Part shown: positions 63,343 to 64,000 of the stretch, in pieces
How the letters are laid out: each line of letters begins with the position of its first letter
How positions within the stretch are numbered: position 1 is the first letter of the stretch
Source of the DNA: Trichoplax adhaerens
Taxonomy: Eukaryota; Animalia; Placozoa
NCBI RefSeq assembly: GCF_000150275.1
Contig: NW_002060944.1
Coordinates: forward strand, 7,306,756-7,370,755
Direction of reading: 5' to 3'
DNA: 64,000 bases
The notes under the pieces: model-generated
Seen by the model: only the letters and a program-made list of their open reading frames with translations
What the model was told of the DNA's origin: nothing
Databases searched by the model: none
Made by a program: the position numbers and the translations under genes

Positions 63343-64000
63343 ATGGGTAATTATCGTCTTGATGACTAATAGGATAAAGATCGCATTCCATTGTAGCAGT
63401 CGCGCCAGCAATTATTTTATTATTTTCCGAAAACTTTGGTGTAATATTTTTACTATTGTTATAGTAATGTACTTAAAGTACTGTACATGATAGCATTTTA
63501 TGTGAGTATATCCATCTATGTAGCAGAAATCATTATACTTCAGTTCAAAAATACAATAGCTGAAAGTTTCAGTTCCGCTAAATGTTCACCTGTGGGACAT
63601 TAATGGATCTTATTAGTTGTATCAATTGTAGTATGCAAAGATGGGGAATATAAGTACAACTTAGTAGATATTAGTAAAGTATCATAATAATTCTCTGGCA
63701 TTTTATGTGCTGAATTTATCATATGCAGCTTTTAAAAATGTAATTAAAAAGCTTAATGAATTGTATAATTTATTCTAAGAAAATTATCAGCCTGACGGTT
63801 ATGAATAGAATTTTGCTCCTTTTCATCATGGTATAAATCCATATAGTAATTGGATAAAATCAGAACTTCTATGTTACTGTCCATATCAACATTTGACTTT
63901 ACTAAAGTAGACGTACTTATTTGAATCATGTCATCATTAAAATATGTCAAGTATTTAATATCATCTAACATAGTTCAAAACTAAGGATATGATAAAATTT

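Noticed and set aside
63753-63971. Minus-strand 72-aa ORF as the last exon of a neighbouring gene
   Set aside because: An acceptor-like tttag exists, but there is no recognisable protein motif and the rest would lie outside the window.

Overview
AT-rich, intron-dense animal genomic DNA with short GT-AG introns. The style is compatible with a non-bilaterian such as a placozoan, but the taxon cannot be established from this window. It holds a head-to-tail, + strand cluster of three related type-I transmembrane mucin genes that I assembled by hand from splice sites and reading phase. Gene A (5'-truncated, ends 7162) is S/T stalk-EGF-EGF-SEA-EGF-EGF-TM-Tyr-motif tail. Gene B (14014-36514, about 49 coding exons, about 3,670 aa) and gene C (41068-61544, about 52-53 coding exons, about 3,500 aa) are paralogs with exon-for-exon matching structure: signal peptide, acidic Ser/Thr/Ile mucin region, EGF array (7 in B, 15 in C), NIDO, AMOP, VWD with GDPH, Ig/cadherin-like unit, 10 EGF, SEA, 3 EGF, TM and cytoplasmic tail. 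Most notable points: (1) MUC4-type GDPH and MUC1-type SEA cleavage modules sit in one chain, and the SEA site is in a different state in each paralog; (2) the mucin domains are built from tandem exon+intron cassettes homogenised separately in each paralog; (3) those cassettes show strong CC/GG depletion and CpG enrichment; (4) gene C has a 10-copy cbEGF exon expansion with a variable loop; (5) NIDO/AMOP carry Trp/Arg-rich loops. A 475-N assembly gap separates B and C. No RNA genes, CRISPR arrays or recognisable transposons were seen.
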